Shown piece after piece: positions 16,401 through 24,243 of a DNA stretch of 29,974 bases (its first letter is position 1; the number at the start of each line of letters is the position of its first letter). A model generated the notes under the pieces. The model was not told the DNA's origin, did not search any database, and saw nothing but the letters and a program-made list of their open reading frames with translations. This DNA is from a virus (lineage: Duplodnaviria > Caudoviricetes): positions 1 through 29,974 of the IMG/VR virus record IMGVR_UViG_3300048670_000431. One strand, written 5' to 3'. Position numbers and translations under genes: made by a program.

Positions 16401-16872
16401 TGCTAAATGCACCAGTGGTTTGATTCCATTCAAAGATACCCCACTGAGTCACAGCAGTGTTCAACCAATATGTGCCATTGTCAGGGTCACCAGTGGGGCG
16501 AACCAAGGTGGCAGTGAGTTCGGTGAGATCAATATCCACACGCTGTACATATGCACGATTGGTCACACCCAGTGCAGAAAACGCAGCCAACAAACCGTAT
16601 TCGTTGAGTTCGTAACCATTGATGGGTGTGCCTGCTGTGGTTTTGTAGAAGAATGGGTTGCCAAATGTGGCTGCAAGATCACGCTGACTGGTGATCAGAT
16701 ACAGGCGATTGGCGTTGACTGCTAATGTTCCTGCTGCTACTCCCACTCCTGAACCTGATACTTTGTTCTGTGCTGTGGCAATCAAAAAGTAAGGTACTGA
16801 ATTTGTGGCTGCTGGAAGGTACTGACTTTCGTCAATGACTGTGACTTGGACTCCGGGTGATACTAGTGCCAT
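13414..16872 (-). CDS. gp18: Contractile tail sheath protein (T4 gp18-like) with large insertions
   Basis: N-terminal LVSPGVQVTVIDES; C-terminal WLAPAGTRRG, INPI, ALDRINVARL, FEPND..TR, VVCDDSNNTP..ID.NEL and P.KAVEFIYI. AAGGAG SD. Confidence 0.96.
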   Translation of the reverse strand: MALVSPGVQVTVIDESQYLPAATNSVPYFLIATAQNKVSGSGVGVAAGTLAVNANRLYLITSQRDLAATFGNPFFYKTTAGTPINGYELNEYGLLAAFSALGVTNRAYVQRVDIDLTELTATLVRPTGDPDNGTYWLNTAVTQWGIFEWNQTTGAFSSTIPSVITSTAELSNGVPLQDYGAIGDYAVVATNTANPVYYKNGAVVAATGNSVILSGLFNTWVLVGSDDWKLSWPAVQGANAVTATLSAGNTIVINGTSVAVPAAANNTIQGLSAAINTANITGVYSAVIDNKLCLFADSTATADGSTADDGIILISSTGSTSGLLTTLGLTADTTYYAPGLQQSPSYQNPRWRATDTTPRPTGSVWNKTTAQNLGTSMIVEKYSTPLGLFVAQSAPVYENDWSANASFDATGGGKNIPAGTTYTQYNVSPATSTVGAYPYNGTFTLQLFERNPAGATIVTGSTSTPTFTNGDQFTVTTSTANSTTLSSTVTVTISGTDAAAFVTAVSSAGLPNVVATVSSTGAIVLTQSIGGVILLQDVGNDTAVSDAGFTTSTTGCRNVYVDNQEEYLQLSGWIPLVYTASATAPDQDPIAGTYWYYSTASQVDIMIQGGSGWVGYQNETNDTRGFDLSDTNPTGPIISTTAPTTQTDGTVLVYGDIWIDTSDLEIYPVIKRWQQVDGVNQWVLIDNTDQQTSNGVLFTDARWSTTGAVNPITGDIPSITSLLTSDYLDVDAPDYTLYPAGMLLFNTRRSGFNVKSFEVDYFNAADFSYPTWSSSTTYAVGDQVLYNAVLYVAIQAGSNQNPATQTSFWDTLETNSWVTASGNRIDGSPNMGRFAQRALVVAALKSGIDTSVTVREEQAVFNLAACTAYPELIPNMIALSNERNNTVFVVGDTPMRLGPNGNDLVAWATDNGGLGIFAGDGLTTSSAYAAVFYPSCQTTDLGGSAVVTAPSHMMVRTIIRSDSVSYPWLAPAGTRRGVIDNAARIGYINSTTGEFVTIGNNQGLRDVEYLNNINPITFIPGVGITNFGNKTIYGQASALDRINVARLVAFMRGRLEEIGKQYLFEPNDQITRNEISNAVNGLCIDLVAKRGIYDFLVVCDDSNNTPARIDANELWVDIAIEPVKAVEFIYIPLRLQNTGSIANAASATATSI

Positions 16873-16899
16873 GTTGGCTCCTTTAAAAACTGTTGTAGA

Positions 16900-16906
16900 T
16901 ATTTAT
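16900..16906 (-). promoter_or_regulatory. Late-like promoter box (ATAAATA) for the sheath gene
   Basis: 27 nt upstream of the sheath ATG, in the intergenic region. Confidence 0.7.
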
Positions 16907-16959
16907 CGGATGTGGCCAAAACTCATGGTGTTGCGATGCCCTTTGCAAAGGTTTGTGGA

Positions 16960-16966
16960 ATAAATA
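16960..16966 (+). promoter_or_regulatory. Late-like promoter box (ATAAATA), divergent
   Basis: 4 nt upstream of ATG 16971; back-to-back with the sheath promoter. Confidence 0.6.
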
Positions 16967-16970
16967 CGCC

Positions 16971-17315
16971 ATGAGAACCATGTGTACAGCCTGCAATCAA
17001 CGTCTGGTAGCAGTGAACTATCGTCGAGACGATGTCACGCACTATCGCACACGATGCGATCACTGCATACGGCGAAACAAAAAAGTCCGGCCGCCAGAAG
17101 CACTGTGGAAAAAGGCCGGTTACAAGAAAAAACCCACATGCGATCGCTGTGGATTCCGGCCTAGATATGCCAGCCAGACCTTGGTGTATCACATGGACGG
17201 CAACATGAACAATGTTGCTCTAAACAATATCAGGACTGTGTGCTTGAACTGTGTGGAGGAGGTCAGGCGGCTAGACGTTCCCTGGGTGCCAAATCCACTG
17301 CAAGCAGATCGCTAA
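16971..17315 (+). CDS. Zn-finger HNH-like endonuclease
   Basis: Four CxxC pairs (CTAC, CDHC, CDRC, CLNC) plus VYHMDGNMNN...NIRTVC. Start reassigned to ATG 16971. Confidence 0.75.
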   Translation: MRTMCTACNQRLVAVNYRRDDVTHYRTRCDHCIRRNKKVRPPEALWKKAGYKKKPTCDRCGFRPRYASQTLVYHMDGNMNNVALNNIRTVCLNCVEEVRRLDVPWVPNPLQADR

Positions 17316-17910
17316 GTTGATCATATAACTCAGCCACGTTGCGGTTGTTTTCTACCACATGGTCAAATGTGGTGCCTGCCCAGGAATATTCTGATGCATG
17401 CACACCTTCAGCATCCAGCCAACGCTGTGCTGCTTCATCACCGTGATTGGCCTTGGCAGCAATGTCATACCAGTGTGGGATCATTCCACGTTGGACCCAG
17501 ATCACACGCCCGCCTTGATTCTTGATAGCAGCCACTTCATTGCGGAATCTGCAATCTGAGATCACAATGTTGTCTGAACTTCGACGCAGTTTGTTTTCCA
17601 AACTAGCGATCCAGATGTCTGTGTGAAAAGCATTCCTGCCCACTTCTGTGCCCCAATGTTGCAGAATCCAGCGTGGAGTCAAGTGTGGCATGCCAAGTCG
17701 TTCACTCCACCAAGGATCCACTTGCTCACGCCACTCTCGGGCTGATTTTGTTCGGCCTTCTAGTAATTCTCGATTCCATCCAAACACCGCGGCCACAGCG
17801 TCCTTGAGTGTGGCGGCAAATGAGTCACGACGAAAGCCGTGAAAGTTTACAAGATAGTCAGCCGCAGTATCTTTACCTGCGCCAATGAATCCACAAATAC
17901 CAATGATCAT
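17263..17910 (-). CDS. Deoxynucleoside monophosphate kinase (T4 gp1-like)
   Basis: P-loop MIIGICGFIGAGKDT, SFA..LKD, TPR.ILQ.WGTE, VISDCRF.NE and H.SE. ATG 17910 has an AGGAG SD and an ATGA overlap. Confidence 0.92.
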   Translation of the reverse strand: MIIGICGFIGAGKDTAADYLVNFHGFRRDSFAATLKDAVAAVFGWNRELLEGRTKSAREWREQVDPWWSERLGMPHLTPRWILQHWGTEVGRNAFHTDIWIASLENKLRRSSDNIVISDCRFRNEVAAIKNQGGRVIWVQRGMIPHWYDIAAKANHGDEAAQRWLDAEGVHASEYSWAGTTFDHVVENNRNVAELYDQLSDLLAVDLAPRERLAA

Positions 17911-18389
17911 TTCAAAATCTCCTGCAACCAGGCGTGGCACTCGGGCCATTGTCTGTAAACATGAGCCCGTCCACCGGCTCTGATCCACTCTTCACAGTTG
18001 CTTGTTCGGTCGTCAATCAAAATATCTCCGGGCGCACAGTGTCGCCACTTGTCATGACTGAATGGACCAAACAATACCGGAATATCAGGAAAACGCTCTT
18101 GTGCCCACAAAACTTTGTCATAGCTGGCAAATGGTACACTGTAATCATGTGGCAGGGCTGTGAGGAAATTCAGATCTTCCGCCTTTTCCACAATCGCACG
18201 GCAGTATGCCACTAACTCATGTGCTCCAGGTTTGATAGGCAAGTCACGATAAAATCGTTGTTTGGCTTTGACTTTGTCCCAATCACTATCCGGAATACGT
18301 TCTCCATATTCCCAATTACGATTAACGATTGCCCGGGCAGCAGGCATCCAGTCAGCGACTACGTCGTCCATGTCTAAATAAATTTTCAT
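17907..18389 (-). CDS. 5'(3')-deoxyribonucleotidase (HAD, NT5C-like)
   Basis: HAD motif I YLDMDDVVAD, plus FLTA, K..W and ILIDDR..N..EW..AGG. Confidence 0.88.
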   Translation of the reverse strand: MKIYLDMDDVVADWMPAARAIVNRNWEYGERIPDSDWDKVKAKQRFYRDLPIKPGAHELVAYCRAIVEKAEDLNFLTALPHDYSVPFASYDKVLWAQERFPDIPVLFGPFSHDKWRHCAPGDILIDDRTSNCEEWIRAGGRAHVYRQWPECHAWLQEILK

Positions 18390-18910
18390 GCTAATTTTTC
18401 AACTTTCAAATGTCTAAGAGTGGCCTGTAGCAAGTCAATCTGTCTACGGCAATCTTCTAATGCGTGGTGGCTTGCTGGTGGTTTGCCTAATTCCGGATAT
18501 AGTGCATACACAGTTCTAGCATCTCTTACTCTGTAGTATTGCCAGGGCAGCGGACGATGAAAACTCTTGTAAGCATGCTCAAGAATGTTCATGTCAAATG
18601 TAGGACCGTTGGCCCAGATTGATTTTGATCGCCAGATCAGTTGACCCAGTTCTCCCAGGGCTGTGTCTAGTGGGATTCGATTGTCTGTACCAAATGCTTC
18701 TTCCTGTGCTGCTGCGGGTTGTGTGGCCCACCACTCAATGGTACCCTGTTCAATGTTACGATCAGGTTGGCTGTCCGGATCAATTCTAGCATAGAATTGT
18801 TGTGTGTGATAGCCTGTGCCCAGCGGGTCAAATGCCTGGGCGGCAATGGTCAGGATACAGGCTTCTGGGCCTGTGCCTACCGTTTCAATATCAATCATTA
18901 GATCAGCCAT
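18386..18910 (-). CDS. DEDDh 3'-5' exonuclease (Rv2179c/DexA-like)
   Basis: Motifs LMIDIET, TIEWW..Q, WANGPTFD, RD.RT and HHALEDC. Start reassigned to ATG 18910. Confidence 0.88.
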   Translation of the reverse strand: MADLMIDIETVGTGPEACILTIAAQAFDPLGTGYHTQQFYARIDPDSQPDRNIEQGTIEWWATQPAAAQEEAFGTDNRIPLDTALGELGQLIWRSKSIWANGPTFDMNILEHAYKSFHRPLPWQYYRVRDARTVYALYPELGKPPASHHALEDCRRQIDLLQATLRHLKVEKLA

Positions 18911-18916
18911 GTGCTG

Positions 18917-18945
18917 ATTATAACACATGTTTGATAATTTACCAA
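18917..18945 (-). promoter_or_regulatory. Sigma70-type promoter (extended -10)
   Basis: TTGGTA-17 nt-TATAAT with TGn; ATG lies 6 nt downstream of the -10. Confidence 0.65.
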
Positions 18946-18962
18946 ACAAAAAGGCTAGATTT

Positions 18963-19307
18963 TTAGCTGGAAATCCAGGTTATGGTATCTTCATCCCAAT
19001 GGTATATGGTTCCATCTGCGGGCATAGGAATTGGTGGTTGCCAAATACAAGTGGTCTCATTCAATGTCCAACTAGCATAGGGCTTTGGTGCATAAAATGC
19101 ATCTCGCTCACTATCATAAGTGTAACCAGTGCCTGCATAGTTTTTTCTTAGTGGTGTTCCGCCCAACAGATGCTCGCCACCATGGGTATTGTAACTGGTC
19201 TGTACCCAACTTGCTGGATCGCCCCATAGTCCTGTGTCAAGAACATCTTGTTCTATCACAATAACTTGTGTGACTATACCATTTTCTACTTTTGCAAAAT
19301 GACTCAT
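18963..19307 (-). CDS. Hypothetical phage protein partnering the glycine-rich protein (possible fibre-assembly factor)
   Basis: MSHFAKVENGIVTQVIV, WVQTSYNT, RKNYAG.GYTYD..RDAF..PKPY.SW.LNE.TC.W. GAGG SD. Confidence 0.7.
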   Translation of the reverse strand: MSHFAKVENGIVTQVIVIEQDVLDTGLWGDPASWVQTSYNTHGGEHLLGGTPLRKNYAGTGYTYDSERDAFYAPKPYASWTLNETTCIWQPPIPMPADGTIYHWDEDTITWISS

Positions 19308-19317
19308 ATTTCCTCTA

Positions 19318-20247
19318 TTAGAAAGTTATTGATCCCGAACTAGTCCAGATATATGTTCTATATCCATTTGCTACTGAAATTGCCGGACTACCTGTAGTGC
19401 TTGCTGCTGCTGCATAACTATCTGCATAACGAACGATGACTACACCCGACCCACCTGCTCTTGATGATGGTAGTGCGAATTGAGGGCCACCGCCCGCACC
19501 GCCACCAGTATTTACTGTGCCATTGGTTCCAACAGCCCCGCCACCATTTGAATTACCACCGCCTCCTGTTCCTCCAGGAGCTACTGCATAACCATTAGTT
19601 TGATTTCCTCCGCCGCCTCCACCTGCAAAATAAACAGATGCACCACTGACTTGTCCTACTGCATAAGTAGTAGCCTGGTCTGTAGTGATGATCGTTGATA
19701 CTGCTCCGATTCCCCCAGTTCCGCCGACAGTAGTAGTTCCAATTGCTCCTGCACCGCCTGCACCTCCACCACCACCTGTACCATGTGCTCCGGATTGAGC
19801 CGCTCCTGTACCTCCATAATTTCCTTGACTCGGAGATGTAGATGGAGTATTACCTGCTCCGCCTGCGCCCGCGCCGTAGCAACCACCGCCGCCGGACCCG
19901 CCGGCTGCACCACTTTGAGCTGAGCCGGTGCCACCGCCACCGCCACCGCCGCCAGCAGCAGTTATGGCATCAAATACCGAAGCCTGTCCGTTATTTCCTA
20001 CACCGGATGTGCTTCTCGAGGTACCACCTGCACCCACTGCTACAGCGTAAGTTGTGCCTAACGTCACTGAGTATCCAGATGCAGTTCTAAATCCACCACC
20101 ACCTCCAGCACCTGAAGCACCATCACTGTATCCACCGCCACCACCGCCTGCAACTACCAAGTATTCAACCGGTGGCGCAGCCGACACGCTGCTTGAAAGA
20201 GTCCACCCCGGAGACATAGTCCACCCTGCACCAATAATAAATCCCAT
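19318..20247 (-). CDS. Glycine-rich domain virion protein
   Basis: VEYLVVAGGGGGG, GAGGGGGFRT, NTGGGAGGG, GGSGVVIVRY, and C-terminal Y.WTSSGSITF. Confidence 0.85.
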   Translation of the reverse strand: MGFIIGAGWTMSPGWTLSSSVSAAPPVEYLVVAGGGGGGYSDGASGAGGGGGFRTASGYSVTLGTTYAVAVGAGGTSRSTSGVGNNGQASVFDAITAAGGGGGGGGTGSAQSGAAGGSGGGGCYGAGAGGAGNTPSTSPSQGNYGGTGAAQSGAHGTGGGGGAGGAGAIGTTTVGGTGGIGAVSTIITTDQATTYAVGQVSGASVYFAGGGGGGNQTNGYAVAPGGTGGGGNSNGGGAVGTNGTVNTGGGAGGGPQFALPSSRAGGSGVVIVRYADSYAAAASTTGSPAISVANGYRTYIWTSSGSITF

Positions 20248-20250
20248 ATG

Positions 20251-21021
20251 TTATCCAATCACAAAGGTCAATGGCTGTGAACCATCAACATAATTCACCA
20301 ATTGCTTGATGAGATCTTCCATCTCAGCTTTGGCTTCACCTTTCATGGCTGTGCCGTTCAATGTGCCCCCACCATTGGGCCCGGCGATAGTGCCAAATTT
20401 CTCGCGGGCTTCCCCAATGATCATCTTGCTCACCGCTACCATGTAATCTCTGATCCATTGCTGTATCTGGAAATCAGCCAACAGTTGTATTTCTGGCTTG
20501 AGATTGTAGGTCCACAGCAATACCACTTCGCCACCGCCTGCTGGATTTCGAATGATTTGCAGTTTCTTTGTGACAGGATTCCAGGTGTAATTTAGGAATC
20601 CGCCAAACATCCTGGCAGCCAATTCTACATATTGACTGTAGAAATCGTATGTGGCCAAGCCTCCTGACTGATTGAAGTTGATCAAGTACACATTCATCTG
20701 TGCTTGACTAAACGGATCAAAGTTTGCTCCTGCAGGCCCGGATGCTATGCCAAAGGAGCGTTTGAAGATCTGTCGCACACTCTGCACTTCCTGCGGCAAG
20801 GTATAGATGTTTTGCTGGTTAACTAACTGCATGAAGCTGTATGATTCTTCATACGCAGCATTGGCTCGCTGGCGGTAAGTGCCAATGGTCTTCTGGTATG
20901 CTGCTTCAAAGTGCGCCGGGTCCAGTTCAATATCAATGATCTGGCTACCCAGTTGCAGGCGCACATACTCAAAAAGATTGTTCTTGAGTGTCGTTAGGTC
21001 TATGGGTTGTTGTTCTTGCAT
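20251..21021 (-). CDS. gp13: Neck protein (T4 gp13-like head-tail adaptor)
   Basis: YVRLQLGSQIIDIELD, WIRDY..A..K..IGEAREKF..IAGP.GG.TLNG..MK.EA and P..FVIG. Confidence 0.85.
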   Translation of the reverse strand: MQEQQPIDLTTLKNNLFEYVRLQLGSQIIDIELDPAHFEAAYQKTIGTYRQRANAAYEESYSFMQLVNQQNIYTLPQEVQSVRQIFKRSFGIASGPAGANFDPFSQAQMNVYLINFNQSGGLATYDFYSQYVELAARMFGGFLNYTWNPVTKKLQIIRNPAGGGEVVLLWTYNLKPEIQLLADFQIQQWIRDYMVAVSKMIIGEAREKFGTIAGPNGGGTLNGTAMKGEAKAEMEDLIKQLVNYVDGSQPLTFVIG

Positions 21022-21046
21022 CAGGGACTCCGTCCCTGATATTTAG
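21020..21046 (-). promoter_or_regulatory. Late-like box (CTAAATA) overlapping a 9-bp hairpin that covers the gp13 SD and start
   Basis: Minus strand reads CTAAAT-ATCAGGGAC-GGA-GTCCCTGAT-G. Confidence 0.75.
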
Positions 21047-21050
21047 CACA

Positions 21051-22190
21051 TTACCAGACCTTGAGGATGATCAAGTTGTCGTTGCCACGCCCGTTCCATT
21101 GGGTCTCTGTGGTGCCTAACTCTTTGAAGATCTTGCGTGTGGCTGGCTTGCCTGCTGCCAACAGTGCTTTCAGCGTTTCTGCTGGCTTACGTAGAGTTTT
21201 CTGTGAGCTTGTGCCTGTGTCGAATCCGATCACAGCAGAACTCTTCACTGTGAAGCTACCACGATGTGCATCGCCAACCACATGGATCAGTTTGCGTTTC
21301 ACAGTGTCGTAAAGCCAGGCTTCTGTGGCATCCACCAGTTTCACAGCAGGCTCACTCACCAGTTTGAGTTCTGGGAATGTCTTGAGATACTTGAACTTGG
21401 CTGTGACTTTTTCAGCACTCACTGCTTTCTTGGCTCGCGGTTTGCGCTCCACTTTCTTGATCTGCACATAGTTATTGCAGTCAGTGATCACTTGCTCAGC
21501 AAACTTTACCAGTTGCTTGAGCTGAGTTTTGGTAAAACGACCGTAGCCTTCTACCAACTGTGCATCTTTGCCTGCTACTACAGCTTCTAGTTCAGTCAAG
21601 TGGCCTTTCCAGATTTGCTGGATCTGATGGATCAACTGCGGTGCCACATTGTGTCCACGGATGATGGTGATGGGCTGAAACTGTGCCGACATCTTGGCAC
21701 CCGCGGCCACAAAGTCGTCGAACAAGCCTTCGATCTCGCCGGCACATTCCGAAGCTTTTTCTTTCAGGCGATCTTGGATTGTAGGGCCAGCAGGTTTTGC
21801 TTCTGCTGCTTCTGTGGGTTCTGTTTGTTTTTCTGCCAACAGTTCCTGGATCAAGTTGTCCAGTTTGATCTGTTCGTGATCATCCAGTTCCAGGCCCACG
21901 GTGACCATGCGGCACAGCCAGCCTGTTGTGAGTCGAATTTGGCTGTCAGGCAAGGTGCGGATACGGCGAGCATCCTTGGTGCGGTTGTGTGCATCCAAAT
22001 AACTGGCGATAAAGTCCTTGGCATCTTTCTTGCCGTAGAAATAGTTGTACCAGCCAAACGCATTGCTGAATTTGCTCACGCGATTGCTTGTGGGTTGCAC
22101 TCGCCATTCGGGCTCGTTACCCACATACTTGGTGTCAGGGCTGCGAGGGTTCAATGCTTTGACATTGGTTTTTGCTGCTAGGGTTGCCAT
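21051..22190 (-). CDS. Hypothetical phage protein (379 aa)
   Basis: Long ORF with an AAGGA SD. The C-terminus KTLRKP...NGR.N.N.IILKV resembles uncharacterised proteins of T4-like phages. Confidence 0.75.
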   Translation of the reverse strand: MATLAAKTNVKALNPRSPDTKYVGNEPEWRVQPTSNRVSKFSNAFGWYNYFYGKKDAKDFIASYLDAHNRTKDARRIRTLPDSQIRLTTGWLCRMVTVGLELDDHEQIKLDNLIQELLAEKQTEPTEAAEAKPAGPTIQDRLKEKASECAGEIEGLFDDFVAAGAKMSAQFQPITIIRGHNVAPQLIHQIQQIWKGHLTELEAVVAGKDAQLVEGYGRFTKTQLKQLVKFAEQVITDCNNYVQIKKVERKPRAKKAVSAEKVTAKFKYLKTFPELKLVSEPAVKLVDATEAWLYDTVKRKLIHVVGDAHRGSFTVKSSAVIGFDTGTSSQKTLRKPAETLKALLAAGKPATRKIFKELGTTETQWNGRGNDNLIILKVW

Positions 22191-22198
22191 GGATGTCC

Positions 22199-22486
22199 TT
22201 ACTTAGTTGATGGGAGATCTCTTACCGCGTCAAACAATCTGCTGGCACGGCTGAGGTCAAAGTTTTTATGCCTATACATGTAGGTGCGCTTTCTTTCTGC
22301 GATTTCCAGTGCTGCTGCCAGTTTCCATTTTTCATCAAAGGTGGCACGCATTATAGCACGACTCATGTCTTGTATGTCTATGCTGTATTCTACCCATTTT
22401 TCCGTGGCTTTGATCTTGTCGTAGGGAACTACGGCTTTGCTACGATTTGCAGTAGAATATTTTGCAACAAAGTTTGCTACTCGCAC
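22199..22486 (-). CDS. Hypothetical protein
   Basis: GTG start with an AAGGAG SD, downstream of a sigma70-type promoter. Confidence 0.7.
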   Translation of the reverse strand: MRVANFVAKYSTANRSKAVVPYDKIKATEKWVEYSIDIQDMSRAIMRATFDEKWKLAAALEIAERKRTYMYRHKNFDLSRASRLFDAVRDLPSTK

Positions 22487-22515
22487 GATCTCTCCTTGGG
22501 AGTGGACAAGTGTGT

Positions 22516-22544
22516 ATTATAGCACACTATGATTTTTTGGTCAA
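22516..22544 (-). promoter_or_regulatory. Sigma70-type early promoter
   Basis: TTGACC-17 nt-TATAAT, with TGn extension. Confidence 0.85.
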
Positions 22545-22811
22545 GTCCGCGCACATGAGCACAAAAGTCATGTCTGATTCCCGGCGGAACATGATGTAGT
22601 AGGGTGCAGATATGCTGTATCTCCGTTTTCCAAAATACCCAAGCCAATCAGAGTTACGGGCCGACCAGCCACTGGTCAAGCGGGCTTGGCAGATTGTTTC
22701 GATCTGGGAGATTTTGTCTTTATGATCCCACCAGCCCTCGAACCGTAGGCCAGCTTGGTACCCGGCTTCTTTATGCGGTTTATATCTGCGATCTAGTTTT
22801 ATCACTTTCAT
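22527..22811 (-). CDS. Hypothetical protein
   Basis: 94-aa ORF starting 6 nt after a consensus -10. Confidence 0.7.
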   Translation of the reverse strand: MKVIKLDRRYKPHKEAGYQAGLRFEGWWDHKDKISQIETICQARLTSGWSARNSDWLGYFGKRRYSISAPYYIMFRRESDMTFVLMCADLTKKS

Positions 22812-22817
22812 GCCAGT

Positions 22818-22846
22818 ATTATAACTGAAGCAGATTTTCTGGTCAA
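22818..22846 (-). promoter_or_regulatory. Sigma70-type early promoter
   Basis: TTGACC-17 nt-TATAAT. Confidence 0.85.
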
Positions 22847-22853
22847 CCTGCCC

Positions 22854-22860
22854 ATAAATA
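22854..22860 (+). promoter_or_regulatory. Late-like promoter box (ATAAATA) for the gp14 operon
   Basis: 7 nt upstream of ATG 22868, with no SD in between. Confidence 0.7.
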
Positions 22861-22867
22861 CAACACT

Positions 22868-24241
22868 ATGCCAAGACTCAGTCTATACCGTCCCAATCGC
22901 ACTGCGGATTACCGTTTTTTCGACCGCACAATCAGTGAAATGTACACAGTTGGGGGAGTGGACATGTATTTGCACAAATACCTGGGGCCTCTCACCAACG
23001 ATAACACCGGCAACAATGATGCTACCTTGCCCAAATACGACTCAACCAACCCGCTGTTTATTGAAGACCTGCTGCTGTTGGAAAACCGTGATCGAGCATA
23101 CGACAACGATATCTATGTCATGCGCGGCGTTTATCGCCAGCAGGATATAGACTTTGATCTTACCCAGTTCGGCCTGTTCCTAAACAACGATACCTTGTTC
23201 ATCACATTCCATTACAATGACATGATAGATACCATGGGACGCAAACTCATGAATGGAGATGTTTTAGAACTGCCCAATCTCAGAGACTACAATCCCCTAG
23301 ACAGTGCCATACCCAGAGCATTGCCCAAATGGTATGTGATCCAGGATGCGGCGTTTGCTAGTGAAGGTTTTAGCCAAACATGGTTACCTCACCTGTGGCG
23401 GGTTAAGGCCACTCCTATGGTCAACAGTCAAGAATTCAACGAGATTACCAAACAGCCTTTTGAACCCATCAACATCTGGGATCCGGGCAATTTCTATCCA
23501 GGCGGTGTCACAGTGCTTTCAGGCGATACTTACTACACATCCAACAAAAATGTGCCACCGGGCACAGATATCAACAACACGGAATATTGGACCTTGGTTA
23601 CCAATCCTACCACCATTGAAGATCAACAAAGCACACGACCAAGGAACCTGGAGATCAACGATGCTATCCTGGCTCAGGCCGAAGCAGAAGTGCCCACATC
23701 AGGATTTGATGTTGTGAAATTTTTCATTGTTGCTACCAATCCGGATGGCACACCTGCCAATCCCGAATCTGCCAGTTACACCGCAGACTATACCATAAGC
23801 ACCGCTGATCGCACAGTGGCCAACCAAGGCATCACACCCAATGGAGATGGATATACCGCAGGTTACTTAACCGGAGATGGAGTTGCGCCCAACGGCTTGC
23901 CTGTCACTGCCGGAGTTAATTTTCCGCCTAATCCTATTGCTGGGCAATTTGCGTTGCGGTTGGATTACTTTCCCAATCGCTTGTTCCGTTTTAATGGCAG
24001 GACCTGGATCAAGATAGAAAGCAAGGTACGAACCAATCTCACACCGGGTTCAACCAACGATACTTTACGTAGTAGCTTTGTGAACAACACATACACAGTG
24101 AATACCACGGATCTTGGCAATGTACCTAGTCGTCAGAGTTTGAGTGAGGCCTTGATACCTGATGCTGCCAACGGTGATCAGGGCGGCAATCTGCCTGCCA
24201 ATCCATATCCTCCCACACAACCATTCCAGAAAAGCAGCTAA
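22868..24241 (+). CDS. gp14: Neck protein (T4 gp14-like) with C-terminal extension
   Basis: ISEMYTVGGVDMYLHKY, IEDLLLLENRDR.YD, DLTQFGLFL.NDTLFITFH and GDVLELP. Context is the neck/tail-terminator genes. Confidence 0.78.
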   Translation: MPRLSLYRPNRTADYRFFDRTISEMYTVGGVDMYLHKYLGPLTNDNTGNNDATLPKYDSTNPLFIEDLLLLENRDRAYDNDIYVMRGVYRQQDIDFDLTQFGLFLNNDTLFITFHYNDMIDTMGRKLMNGDVLELPNLRDYNPLDSAIPRALPKWYVIQDAAFASEGFSQTWLPHLWRVKATPMVNSQEFNEITKQPFEPINIWDPGNFYPGGVTVLSGDTYYTSNKNVPPGTDINNTEYWTLVTNPTTIEDQQSTRPRNLEINDAILAQAEAEVPTSGFDVVKFFIVATNPDGTPANPESASYTADYTISTADRTVANQGITPNGDGYTAGYLTGDGVAPNGLPVTAGVNFPPNPIAGQFALRLDYFPNRLFRFNGRTWIKIESKVRTNLTPGSTNDTLRSSFVNNTYTVNTTDLGNVPSRQSLSEALIPDAANGDQGGNLPANPYPPTQPFQKSS

Positions 24242-24243
24242 AC

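Noticed and set aside
11547-16872. Sheath and tube as a tailocin, T6SS or eCIS locus
   Set aside because: Neck, head-completion and nucleotide-metabolism genes plus T4-late boxes indicate a genuine phage.
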